Source: Antedon mediterranea (lineage: Eukaryota > Animalia > Echinodermata). From it: a stretch of 64,000 nucleotides of DNA. The first letter of the stretch is position 1. Every line of letters begins with the position of its first letter. The notes beneath the pieces were generated by a model that worked only from the letters and a program-made list of their open reading frames with translations, did not search any database and was not told the origin of the DNA. The position numbers and the translations under genes were made by a program. Positions 51,670-63,405 of this stretch are shown here, one piece after another. The stretch is taken from contig NC_092680.1 in assembly GCF_964355755.1 (NCBI RefSeq), positions 12,214,001 through 12,278,000 of the forward strand, given 5' to 3'.

Positions 51670-52690
51670 TCCATCTACATTCCGCACACTAATCTTGGAA
51701 AAGAGGTCCTTTGTGAAATAAATGATGTTATCTTAGATATTGAAGCCAAATACGCTGATGCTTATATTATAATAAATGATGATTTTAATCGCAATAATCA
51801 ATCGCAATGGATCAATATTACACGAACGTTATACATTATTCTCATTTAGAGGGTACAAACACCAACACAGTGTCAGAATAATGTATTTTGATCTATCATC
51901 GGCCTTCATCTGTTGACAAATAATTTGATAAATGCCAACGTACCTAATAAGTTGAATGGCCTTGTACTTAATTTTGTTGACACATAGATATCAATATATT
52001 AAACTGAACAGCGAAGTTAAATATGAAATTATTGTTTAGTAACACAGGTTCCCCACAGGGCACAGTTTTAGCCCCTTTCCTATTCACTGTGTTCACTTCA
52101 GACTTTAAGTCCGATCACCCAGATTGTCCTGTTATCAAATTAGCTGATGACACAGCCATCCTGGGTCAAACATGACAACTATGGTTATTATAAAGCTGAA
52201 ATTGACTGGTTTGTAAGGTTTTTGTAATAAAAACCATCTTAAACTTAATACTGCTATTCTAAGACCAAAGAAATGGTAATAGATTTTCGTAATAAATTTA
52301 GGGCATCTACTGATATTATTCATTCATTATTGATGGTAATCATGTAGAGATAGATTAAATTTTTCTGAATATTTAGAATATATTAGTAAGAAATTAAATA
52401 CTCGTATGTAAATGCTTTTAATGTGAGTAACAAAACCATCAATATCTTTTATACGTCAGTTGTTTGTGGGGTTTGGAGTTATTGCTTAACGGGATGGGGA
52501 GAAATTGCTTTTAACAAAGATAAAGAATTAATAGATCGTCTGATTAGAAAAGTTAGCAGAATCACTTGTGTCTGTTTGCCTTCAGTTGACTATCTCTACA
52601 GAGTAAGGATAACAAATTTGTTTTCTCATATAAAAACTGATGAACTTTATTTCCTCCATGATGTGGTTATCAGTCATACTATCCCTAGGT
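51670..52690 (+). mobile_element. Degenerate, internally deleted LINE (Rex1/Babar- or L2-like)
   Basis: IYIP..YIIINDDFN (endonuclease-like), SNTGSPQGTVLAPFLFTVFTSD..IKLADDTAILG (RT), KTKEMVIDFR and FYTSVVCGVWSYCLTGWG. Confidence 0.8.
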
Positions 52691-52900
52691 GGACGTATCA
52701 TGTGGGGAGAACCCAGTAGACTCCTGCGGTATCTCCCTATAAGCAAATAATAGGTACGGAAGCAATTTATTCCATTCCCGGGGATCATCCTGAACAAACC
52801 ATACACTTAAGGGTGCCATTAAAGCTTTCCACTAATTCCTCGGTTTGTGGATGGTAGGGAGAAGTAGTACTTTTACGTCAAGAGTCTGAACATACCCTTA
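52690..52900 (-). mobile_element. Degenerate Gypsy integrase fragment
   Basis: Minus-strand TTSPYHPQTEELVESFNGTLKCM and PREWNKLLPYLLFAYREIPQESTGFSP. Confidence 0.85.
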
Positions 52901-53015
52901 ATAAGTAATTGTTAGTTGATTTAGACAAAACATGTCTCATCGTTTAATATTTAACATTAATTGTTTGTGTGGTGGTTTAATAACATATGTAGTTGATAAA
53001 TTATTCATTATTGTA

Positions 53016-53459
53016 CAGTCAACTTTCCTAATACCGGACACCTGGCAGAATATGTTGGATTCCGTAACGGTTTGGTATTTGGAATGTGTTTTTTAACGAG
53101 TTTACATCCTGTTCCGCATAGCAGGAAGTCCGCTAAAGTGGATAAGCGTGCAACTATGTAGTGATTGTCTCAGTCAGCTAAATTAAAACAAAAGATTAAA
53201 CCACATGTGCGGCTGCTTATGAAGCCCCTCAAACGATATGTTATGCATGACTTGGCAAATAAAGCTATCCTGGTCCCATCACCTTATTGAAAATAGACCT
53301 GTCTGCTCAGTTACACAAAACTTTCCCTACATTCTTTGGAAAATTCTCTTAATATTAAAAGCTTAGGAATTTGGGGTCTTCTGGTCCTCAAGACAATTCT
53401 GGTATTGGGAGAGTGTTCGGTTTTTTCAGTTCAGAGTCCAGTATTTGGAGAGTCGACTA
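53016..53459. mobile_element. Non-autonomous Tc1/mariner (pogo/Tigger-like) MITE
   Basis: TA|CAGTCAACTTTCCTAATACCGGAC ... GTCCAGTATTTGGAGAGTCGACTA|TA: ~24-bp imperfect TIR (about 19/24) with TA on both sides. Confidence 0.7.
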
Positions 53460-53699
53460 TATTATATTCATAGCATGTGTTAATAATGAATTGTTGAAAT
53501 GTTATACTATTTTAAATGATTTAATAATGGAAATGTTAATTTAAGTTACAAAAAAAGAAAAATAAAATTCTATAAAGTAATTAATGAAAACAGTAGTTTT
53601 GTCTTCTATGCAAGGAAAGACCTTTCAAGATGTTATATATGGATCATCAAATCACAGACAGGTTAAACATAATTCTAGCATTCTGTAGCTTAATAGATT

Positions 53700-54730
53700 A
53701 TTCAGAAAATTGGCAGAAATAGAACGTGAAGCCAATCCCAAGCATATCCTAACATGGCAGTATTTTAGTTAATGATAAAGCCACCACAACATGCTACCTT
53801 ATTATTTTCATATGTTTTGATGTTGATTAACATGTAGTTTGAGTTACTTTGAGTTTCTTTCAGAGTCATGGTTTTTAGCAGTCATTATTACAACAAACAC
53901 ATTTAGACCTGGTAAGTTATAACCACACTGTAGCTAGTTTGCAAAAACTATTTTACTTGTAATAGGTTATTTTTATTTCTGCTTTCTCCTTTTTAACACC
54001 AACTCTTCTGTATGTATACTCTGAGTATACGCTAATGTTAAATACCCTAAAATAGCAGGGCATTATTTCAAAAAGCTGATCTAAACAAAAGGTTTAGTAT
54101 AATTTTTACAAATATTGTTATAAATGAAAAAAAAAAGTTATAAATTATTAATTGACAGTGAATTATTATTTGTACTTGGGTAATATCTATCTATATATAG
54201 TTTGTCTATCAGTTGTCTAATAAATATAAACTGAAAACTCTAATATTTTAATATGCCATTAATTTTCCACCAACAGTTAGTTGCTGTTAACATTCTGGAT
54301 ATTCTTCATCATAACATCCTTTTGCAGTTTAAAAGTAAGAGTTTACAATACGTATGTTTTGTATGCATGTGTTTTATTTAATTAAATGTCAAATTAAATA
54401 ATAATACTGCACAACTTAACGAACTGTGTTGTATCAAATATGAGATGAAATATTTTGTTTCTGTTTTGTTTACTAGTAGGAGTGTTGACTATAATGCTTT
54501 GTTCACAATTCAACACAACACCCTTGTTACACGGCTGGTTCCCCCACCTGTGACTTCACATTCTATCTCTGGCACACAACATTATTAGTAAATTACAATG
54601 TGGCGTACGATTGAAAACTGTTGAGAACTCCTGCTTTATTATTGGTACCTGTGTTGTTTATTCTGACGCTAGTTATTACTAACTTCCCCCACATTACTGA
54701 ACTCAGAACAACTGTATTTACATTGTTATA
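53700..54730 (+). pseudogene. Degenerate exons resembling a tyrosine recombinase catalytic core
   Basis: KLAEIEREANPKHILTW (~53706-53759); FLAVIITTNTFRP-G (to 53910, GTAAGT donor, phase 1) splices in phase to G-VLTIMLCSQFN (54480); PHITELRTTVFT (~54687-54722). Resembles the RxG box and the second catalytic Arg box. No H..Y box was recognised. Confidence 0.5.
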
Positions 54731-55681
54731 CTTTCAGTTTCATCTATGTGGGTTGGTGTTGAAGTCATTAATGATGACAACTATTGTAACTGGTTGCATT
54801 TACTGTATTCAGGTAATTCCCAAGGTAATCCATTAATCAATCAAATAAATTTTTATTCCATAATACTTAAAATAAGGTTGTGTTCAGAACATTGTGTGCA
54901 TGCAGAGATATTAGGACGTCCTCCCTCACTCCTCAACTTGGCAGTTTTGATGTATTCTAGTTTCAGATGACCACCGACAACCTACCTAAGGTCAGATCAA
55001 TCGAAAGGTAGTTTCTACAGAAGTTATTAAGGCAACACAATTACCACCTGCACATTACGTTATAATCAATTTTATTTTTGGTTTTCCTTGTGCAGTGTCA
55101 TATGTCTTCCTGGAACTTTCTACGACAGAGATGTAATTCTACATCAGAGATTCAGAGCACCTCGGGCCTGCCTGTCTTCCCTGTTGTATACTAGCAATTG
55201 TCACTTTTAAAGCAAAAAATGTCATATAATAACATAATGCTGTCTCTTCTCAATCGTGCTCCATTTATGTTATGCTATGGTAGAATCATCTAATTTTATA
55301 GCTTCATGTTAGAATTACAAATTATATGGAATTCTCAGGATTAAATTAATTAAAAACTCATCCGATGATCAAATCAAATATTGATACATTAAAGACTTGC
55401 TTAATGTAACTTTGGTTGAGATTTAAAGCATTTGTTTTTCTTCTCTTTTGTGGGTATCGCCCACCTTTATTCTTATTTCCCTTATAAAACATTTTCTCTT
55501 TATGGTCTTATGACGTCATTACAGCTTCTTTCGCTGTACCCCCACATTCGTGCTTGTTTTTACATTGATGACCGAATAAATATTATTATTATTTACCTCA
55601 TAAATTTTGTTTCTGTTTTGCAATACAATGCATAAAGTCTTATTATTTATGTTGTTTTCATATTTTCTTAACAAAATTTAG

Positions 55682-56693
55682 GAACTTGAGGATTCCACTG
55701 GACTAGACAGCATTCCAGGCTGCTACCTTATGCAGTTTAAGGAAGACAGTGAAGTCATAAGTCAAAGTCATGCTGAACATGTCACAAAGTTGTGGAACAA
55801 CCTGGATGCGTATGACAAAACCGTTAAGCGCAAAGCACGGCATCACGATTACCTCACAAAAGGCAGGTTCAAGAAAAGTAAAACGACTGCTGTAATACCT
55901 GGTGTTGAAAGCACTCGACAGTAAGGCAGTTTCCTGCGTTTTTCACTTTGTAGGTTAACAGATGCTTCTTAGGTCAGAACACCGGACCAGCCCAATGGCC
56001 GGACTGCAATCGATATATGGAGTGCCTTATTACAAAACTATGTGAAGAGTATCCGTCTACCGTATATATCGGAGGGAAACATTTCCAGCGCTGGCCGCTA
56101 ATCGGCAAAGGCTACAAAAACATTCGTCGGAAAGTGCTATCAAATGGACACCTGATGTTGTTTGGTAAGCTTCAGTTGATGGAGATAAATCATACGACAC
56201 TCATCCAGCGGTGAGTTTTAACTTGTTATTGATGTTATTACAGGTACAACAGAACATCAAAGAAGCAAGAGCAGCAAGTTTTGGAATCTGGCATCTCAGC
56301 AACAATACCCAAACTTGTCTCTGATAATACCCTACTTGAACCTTTAACCAATCCAGCGGTGCTAAACGATCCTGCAAGCGCTCCATCTCTCACATTTGTC
56401 CAACCAAAAAACACTTCCGGCCGAGCAACTCTAGGAAACAGACTGTCGATCCCAGTTCCAGGCGAGATAGCAAACCCACCACCATCAGTCCCTGCGGCTA
56501 GTAGTACTCGCATTCCTAGAACTACCCTCTTGTACAGAAAACGAGTGGCTAAAGACATTGGAAACCGATCAAAATGTACAAACCAAGAATGTCTGTGATT
56601 GTGTGCTCAAAGTGTAAGCAACCAAGGTTAAATAAGAACCACACTCAGTACTATGGAAATTGGTATTGTGCTGCAACATCTGATGAAGCATGA
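55682..56693 (+). pseudogene. C-terminal exons of a DUF6729/Dada-like transposase
   Basis: Exons 55682-55920, 55962-56210 and 56244-~56693 splice in frame: GLDSIPG..KLWNNLDAYDK..RH..LTKGRF..PGVESTRQ|CFLGQNTGPAQWPDCNRYME..LC..RW..Y..IR..QLMEINHTTLIQR|YNR..KKQE..VL; after a frameshift CSKCKQPR..HTQYYGNWYC. Family assigned from recalled motifs; no DDE core seen. Confidence 0.65.
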
Positions 56694-58222
56694 AAATTGG
56701 CTATTGGTTGCCACCCGTCACCATCGTCAAGAGTGGAAAAAAAAACAGCAACAAGAATGATTCCAAATGATTTTTGTAGCCATGGATAGAGTTTTTATAC
56801 TGTTTCATATATATATATATCTTCTATTTTTTGTTTTGTTCTGTTATTTTATTTTCACTTTTTACAAAATATTTTATATTTTATGCAATTTGGCCATTGG
56901 GCCACCATATCTAATGGTTTTCTGAATGTGCAATAAAGTTAATAAAAATAATAATAATAAAAAAAGTTTTTAATGCTGCCAAATCCAAAGAGCAATGGTT
57001 AATGTAGTGAATTATTTTGTAATTTTTATATTATTACAATAAGTTTATATAGTTACATTATAATTTACATTAAATCATTCATTGCACTTTGTATTTGAAG
57101 GTCCCAAGCCCTTACAAAAAAGCAGAGGGGAAACTTTTGCAATGAAATGTGTACATTAAATTGTGATTTCTATATTCTTGTCATGAGTATTTTATATTTC
57201 AAGAGTAATTCCACTATAATTCATTTTAATATGAATCAAATATTTCCTTCCACGAATTCTAATATTTTTGATAAACATGTCTCGTCATATTAAAAAAAAG
57301 GATTTTATATTAATATTATTTAATATTTTTATTTATTTAATACATTGATCATTTGATAATCCTCTAAAATGGACAGTTTTTAGTCTGCCGGTATTCAAAA
57401 CCTCCTAGCTTCATTGGTCAATTGTCCAGTTTCCTCATTATGTTATTACTTTGTATGTATATTTTATGATTTTCCTAATAAATTCAAATCAAATTAATTA
57501 TTATTTCTTATTTAAATAAATATTTATTGTTCATTGCATAATTCCCAGTCAAATTTAAGCATTTCATGTAATGGAACATTGACACTCTCTGTGTGATGTA
57601 ATCAATAAAATTTTAAATATTGTATTGTGTTTTGTTTCACTCTTGAATTTTTTTTGTCTCTCAAATGATATTTATGGTAGATACGACAGTGTCTTCCTTT
57701 TATGAAATCGAAGGTAATGCTTTTAAAATGGTGTTTCAGAAGATTTATTATTTTCTTTACAGTATGTTCTTTACATTAGGGTACACCATGACCATTTCTA
57801 TCGGGACCATTTCTATCGGCACAGTTTACCTGGCATCAAATGAATATTTTTTAGTTTTTTCTAGTAATTTGATTTGGTTTCGGCTGACCTAATTTGTAAA
57901 TTTTTTTCTGAAAATTGTTTTTATTGACGATTGTCTATAAGAGATGTGTTTTTTGTTGGTAAGTAGGGATGCGGCAACAGACATATCAGTGGCCGAAATT
58001 CACTGAGCTGTTTATTGAGCTGTTTATTAGCCAATGAGGTTGATGTCCCGATAGCCGCAACACCAAATGTTGATGATTGATAGAAAATACTAATTTACAA
58101 CAGAAAAACAGAACAACTTGTACGGAATGTAAACTTGATCGATGGCCTCATCCAACAAGACCTTATCCTTATTATTACTCCATGTTATTAAGGGCAGTAT
58201 AACAATAATAATGTTATTTTCG

Positions 58223-58455
58223 CCTAGCTAGCAACTAGTCTAGATAGCCTGTGAATATAAATGCTGTGAATACTTTGATAGTATTACTAAAGTACTTGAA
58301 CATTCAAACTAGGCCTAGACTACTTTATCTAGGCCTACCTACTTCAATTAACTATATAACTATAGGCTAGGCCTAGTAGTAGGCCTACTACTACAGTACT
58401 ACAATACGACTGGAGGCCCTCTAACTAGCCTGGCTTAAACTTCGGCCTAGCGTAG
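58223..58455. repeat. Second CTAG/GGCC-rich low-complexity tract
   Basis: CCTAGCTAG, CTAGGCCTAG and AGGCTAGGCCTAGTAGTAGGCCTAC words, as at 32435-32942. Confidence 0.7.
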
Positions 58456-58606
58456 ACATAGCTATGATCCCTACCTCTCCCTTGTTTATTATAAGACAAT
58501 AAAAAGTACTACATATTATAGTCTAGTCATTTGTTTAATCGTTTACCAAAAAAAAGCCATCCTACATGTTTGTTTGGTCCCGTTTGTTTATATTATGATA
58601 ATTGAT

Positions 58607-61600
58607 CGGGTGTGTCGAAAGCGAAGACCTCGAAAGCGAAGATCGAAGACCGAAGACCTCGAAAGCGAAGACCCTACGAAATGGTAGTGTGCACAAAATC
58701 CGACCAAAATCATACAAAATCGTGATAACACCTTGAATTTACAAATCCTGAAAAAATATTTCAATTTTAATCGTTATATTATAAAAAATCATGACTTTAT
58801 CTATGAACAAGCTCACGTGTTTTCGCCAATGGAGTTAATATGTGATATAGTTTTACGAACAAACACATCGCGCTATTTGGAAGGCGACGGACGCACAAGA
58901 AGGACCTCGCACATGAAATGTCACTTGTTCCGATAACAATTTAAAATCATAGCCAATTGTTTATAAGTATAGAAATAAACTACAGTAAGTAAATTGTAAG
59001 AAGTAAAGGATGGCGGTAGGCCCGGTATTTAGGTTTATTTTAGAGCCTATAGGCCTATAAAAAGTGTCCGTATCATAGATTTTACACTTGCTTTTAAATG
59101 TTAGGTACAGAGATCTTTTTTGCATTTAAATATGTTGCTATGTGTTTTTTATCTATAATATTTGCCTATTGTTTATTATCTAAATGTATGAATAAATACA
59201 ATAAGATATTCATTTTCCTGTATTGTATTTAAACTTTTACATTTTCCCATTGTAACTATTGCTATTTTACTTAATCGCCAGTTTCAAAATGTTTTCTAAT
59301 GTATTCATAATAGACAAATAATAGGGCCTATATCAGTATCAGAATATTTAGTGTGGTTGGAGAAGCGACAGATGATGTAAAGAAAAATGTAAATTTTTTT
59401 TGGTTAATGAAATATTTATTTTCCTTTTTTGGAAAATGAATATTTCATTAACCAACGTATGAACCACTAAACAAAAAAAATTCTGCCGCAACGTATCGTT
59501 GGCGCGCGCAACAGAAAATCTATCTATCTATCTATTTTGCATCCCCTCTTACGATCGAGAATCATGATGAACGTAATAAAGCAGAAATGGTGTTGAACAC
59601 ATCGGTTCCCACTTGTGATGACACGCAACGTTATTTTCTTACGGCGCACTTTGCGTCGATCTGAAAACCAATTTCAGCTCTTAAAATATTTCCCGGGCCA
59701 ATGACAGTTCGTCCCAATAGCTTACCGTGAACTAACGGAACTTTATTTTATATCTTTGTATTGTCAAAGTAAAAAATAATACTGTATTCAAATTATGATT
59801 TGACAAAAGGCTAATACTGTAGAACGAACGATAGACATCACACTCTGAACATTTTTCTTGATCGTTAACCCGTTATAATAGTATAATTCTGTTAGATTTG
59901 TTTGTATTAGTGTCAATTCTATATTTAAATGGTCAACAACCGGTAACCTGTTTCTTAATTAAAATTTTATGTTTTCTTTTGTTAATGGACACTCATGGCA
60001 GGGATGCAAACATTTAGAAGCGGGACGTCGACAATCTGTTGAAAATCGGGAGACTGTTGAATAGTCGTCTCAACCACAAGCCTGTGAGATAGAAGGTTGG
60101 GGGTTAGAGTGGTTAAGCCCGATAAACATTCACCATCACTTAATAAAGATTTATAGAGAGTATCTCTTTTTGTATTCACCACGGGCAATGCTTGAAAACA
60201 AAAGTCAGTTTTTTATTTGATGATGAGGAAAATTGTGGTTGGCGGGAGTGGAACTTCATTAAACTAATCTTTTGACAGTGTCGGTAAACGTAATTACCGA
60301 TATGAATAAACACCCGTTTTAATATTGAAAAATAAATTAAACGTGAACACACTATCGTCACTAATCACATTGCAACCGTAACAAAATCGGCAACTTGTAA
60401 TTTTGGAGGGAATATTTTTTATTTCAATCTTTGTTTTGAATGGCTTTTGTCTTTGTGAACGTTGACATAATGCCGGCATAATAATTCGGAATTATGGAAG
60501 CCGTGAAACAGATGATATGTCGCAGGAAACGACCGATTTATAACCAAAATTTGCAGAACGCTGATGCCTATATCGTTCGTTCTTTTTACTTCTTGTCAAA
60601 TCATAATTTGAATATATTCTGCCAAATTTGGCCCGGGAAATATTTTAAGAGCTGGAATTAGTTTCCAGATCGACGCAAAGTGCGCCTTAAGAACAAACTT
60701 GCGTGTCATCATAAGTGGGAACCGACGTGTTCAACACCGACTGCTTTACGTTCATCATGATTCTCGATCGTAAGAGGGGATGCAAAAATAGATAGAAGAG
60801 TATTAATTTCTTATGTTGCGCGCGCGTCAATACGATACGTTGCGGTAGGATGTTTTCGTTTAGTAGTTCATACGTTGGTTAATGAAATATTTATTTTACA
60901 TTTTTCTTCTTTACATAGTACTGTCGCTTCGCCAACCACACTAACCGATACTGATAATATTATTTTTCCATTATGAATACATAAGAAAAACATTTTTAAA
61001 CTGGCGAATAATTAAATCAGTAATACTGTAGTATTGGCTACAATGGGGAAAATGTACAAGTTTAAAATACTATACAGAATAACTAAAGGAAAATAAATAT
61101 CTTATTGTATTTATTCATACATTTAGACAATAGGCAAATATTATAGATAATAAACATACATCAACATAATAATATTTAAATGCAAAAAAAAAGGATCTCT
61201 AAGTTGTATTCACGCGTACGTATAACATTTTTAAAAACAAGTGTAAAATCTATGATACGGACACTTTTTATAGGCCTATATAGGCTCTAAAATTAGGCTA
61301 AATAAGCATATGGCCATCCTTTACTTCTTACAATTTACTTACTTTAATTTATTTACTTTACTGTAGTTTATTTCTATACTTTTCTATACAGTTGGCTATG
61401 GCTTTAAATTGTAGGCGACGTGTGCTACAATACAAAGTTATCGGAAAAAGTGACATTTAATATTGCATTCAATTCGAGGTCCGTCGCCTTGCAAATAGCG
61501 CGATGTGTTTGTTCGTAAAACTATATCACATATTAACTCCATTGGCGAAAACACGTGAGCTTGTTCATAGATAAAGTCATTTTTTTTGATAACATAACGA

Positions 61601-61755
61601 TTAAAATCGAAATATTTTTTTAGAATCTGTAAATTCAAGGTGTTATCATCGATTTTGGTCGGATTTTGTGCACACTACCATTTCGTAGGGTCTTCGCTTT
61701 CGAGGTCTTCGGTCTTCGATCTTCGCTTTCGAGGTCTTCGCTTTCGACACACCCG
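58607..61755. mobile_element. Foldback / MuDR-like non-autonomous DNA transposon with ~1.2-kb inverted arms
   Basis: CGGGTGTGTCGAAAGCGAAGACC... and ...GGTCTTCGCTTTCGACACACCCG; arms ~58607-59845 and ~60555-61755 around a ~0.7-kb spacer; 9-bp TSD ATAATTGAT (58598-58606 and 61756-61764; 11 bp GATAATTGATC if the ends are GGG/CCC). Mirror ORFs 58733(+) and 61638(-) confirm the inversion. Confidence 0.92.
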
Positions 61756-63405
61756 ATAATTGATCCACGCTGAACCTCCGGGTTCCACTTTTGAATTTGA
61801 AGTCCGCAGAATAATGCTCAATAATTCACTATTTACTCATTCCCAAGTCACTAAATTGATCTCCCTTGGTTCACAAATGCACAGTGTCTGACGCCAATAA
61901 AAGGAAAGAATAAGTGTAACAGCCAAATTAAAATAAAATCGAAGCAAAATAAGAAAAAAATATCTGTTTACGATAGCGAAATTACGCTAAACCTAATTGC
62001 CAATATAGCGTGACGTCTGCGGACCGACGCGATAACCTCAATGTGTGTTGAACCGCAAACAAATTTCAATTTCGTTCTGTATGTTACAAAAAGGATATTT
62101 CGCGTTCCAAATTTTTTTGTATGGTATAGAAAATCGCATAAATTGTCACTTTTTTGTACAGTTTCAATTAAATCCCTTTGATATGTTATAGAAATATAAT
62201 CAAAGCATTGCTTCATATAAAGTAAAGTAGTAATTTTGAAGAAATTACGGAATTTAGCATTCACAAACATTGGGTTGACATAACCCTAACGGCTAATTTT
62301 ATTTATTTACTAGTTTAATTTTTAACAAATTCGATTAAGGCAACATAAAATTGTCGAATTTTAATCAAACAACTCCTAAAAATAAATAAAAATCAGCATA
62401 GTTATTAATTAAATCTACTTTATTAAAATAACCAAACTACAGTTATAAAACTATTTAAAAAATATAATAACGAACGAGCCTCCAGTGAAAGGGCGACCTC
62501 AATTTAGACGTGCGCTCTTTACATAAAAGGTAATTAATTATAGCCGAAAAACGATAAATTATCGATTTTGACCCAAGAGAATATTTTCTTTGTTGAAAAG
62601 TGAGTAGAGAAAAGCATACTTCATACAATTTAATCAAATACATACCAAGTTATAAGTCATGAAAAAATTCAAAAATCATCAAAAGTGCATTCGAGTCTGA
62701 GAAATTACGCGTTTTTTACATTTTTTTCAAAAAAGACACGATATTTTTTTTAGTTTTCTTCATTAAAAAAAGAGAGTATATAAATGTATTGTGTATGAAA
62801 CTCAAAATTTTTACAAAACGATGAATTTTTGTGTAAAATAACGTGTTTTTGGTAAAATCAGCATATGTGCACCTTTAAGTACACACATAAAAATCGCCGC
62901 GGAAACCATTTTCCCGATGTCAAATCGGGTTGAAACTCTGGAAAAACGATCTTTTGGTGTTTTTTTACATAGGAAAAATATAAACGTTATATGTTTCCAA
63001 TGTAAAGTAAATGTTTAAAGGACGATGTTGGTGAATGTGAAATAAAAAATATGACGACCTATCGTTCTTAGAACATTACTCAATTTTTTCCCCAAAACGA
63101 TATTTTTCATAAAAAACAAGGAAGATAACGTGTAAATCATTAGAGACATGAATGTTAATTAGAGACTTAAATAATCTCTCAGAAAAACGATATTTTACAG
63201 ACTTTTTATTGAATAGGTAGAGAAAGAGTAATAATTATATGTAAATCAGCATATGTGCAATTCTCATAGTGACAGTCTCGCGGAGAGCAAACATGCACCT
63301 GTGCCTATGTCTTACTGTGGAAAGTCCCCCTAGATTATCATCAAATGTGCATGTTTCTCACTGAAAACTGTAGGTGGCCGATGTGCATTTTTGCATGTGC
63401 GCTCT

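Larger units (their letters stand above)
32027..63404 (+). mobile_element. Putative giant (~31.4 kb) non-autonomous DNA transposon inserted in the GA satellite (Dada-like, YR-carrying)
   Basis: Left end GAGCGCACAATGCAA; right end TTGCATGTGCGCTC (reverse complement GAGCGCACATGCAA); the satellite resumes in the same orientation on both sides. Subterminal inverted motif TGCAATTATGCTGATTT (32102) vs AAATCAGCATATGTGCA (62855, 63243). Contains transposase-like and recombinase-like exons. TSD ambiguous. Confidence 0.65.

Noticed and set aside
55096-55185. Possible exon VICLPGTFYDRDVILHQRF (protease-like?)
   Set aside because: Too short and isolated to assign without a search.
58733-61638. Pair of similar 66-67-aa ORFs as duplicated genes
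   Set aside because: Mirror images within the foldback arms, with TTG starts and no motifs.
32027-63404. Sola-type assignment from GAG..CTC termini
   Set aside because: TIRs are only ~14 bp, there is no TTAA/AWWT target, and no Sola-like transposase motif was recognised; not fully excluded.
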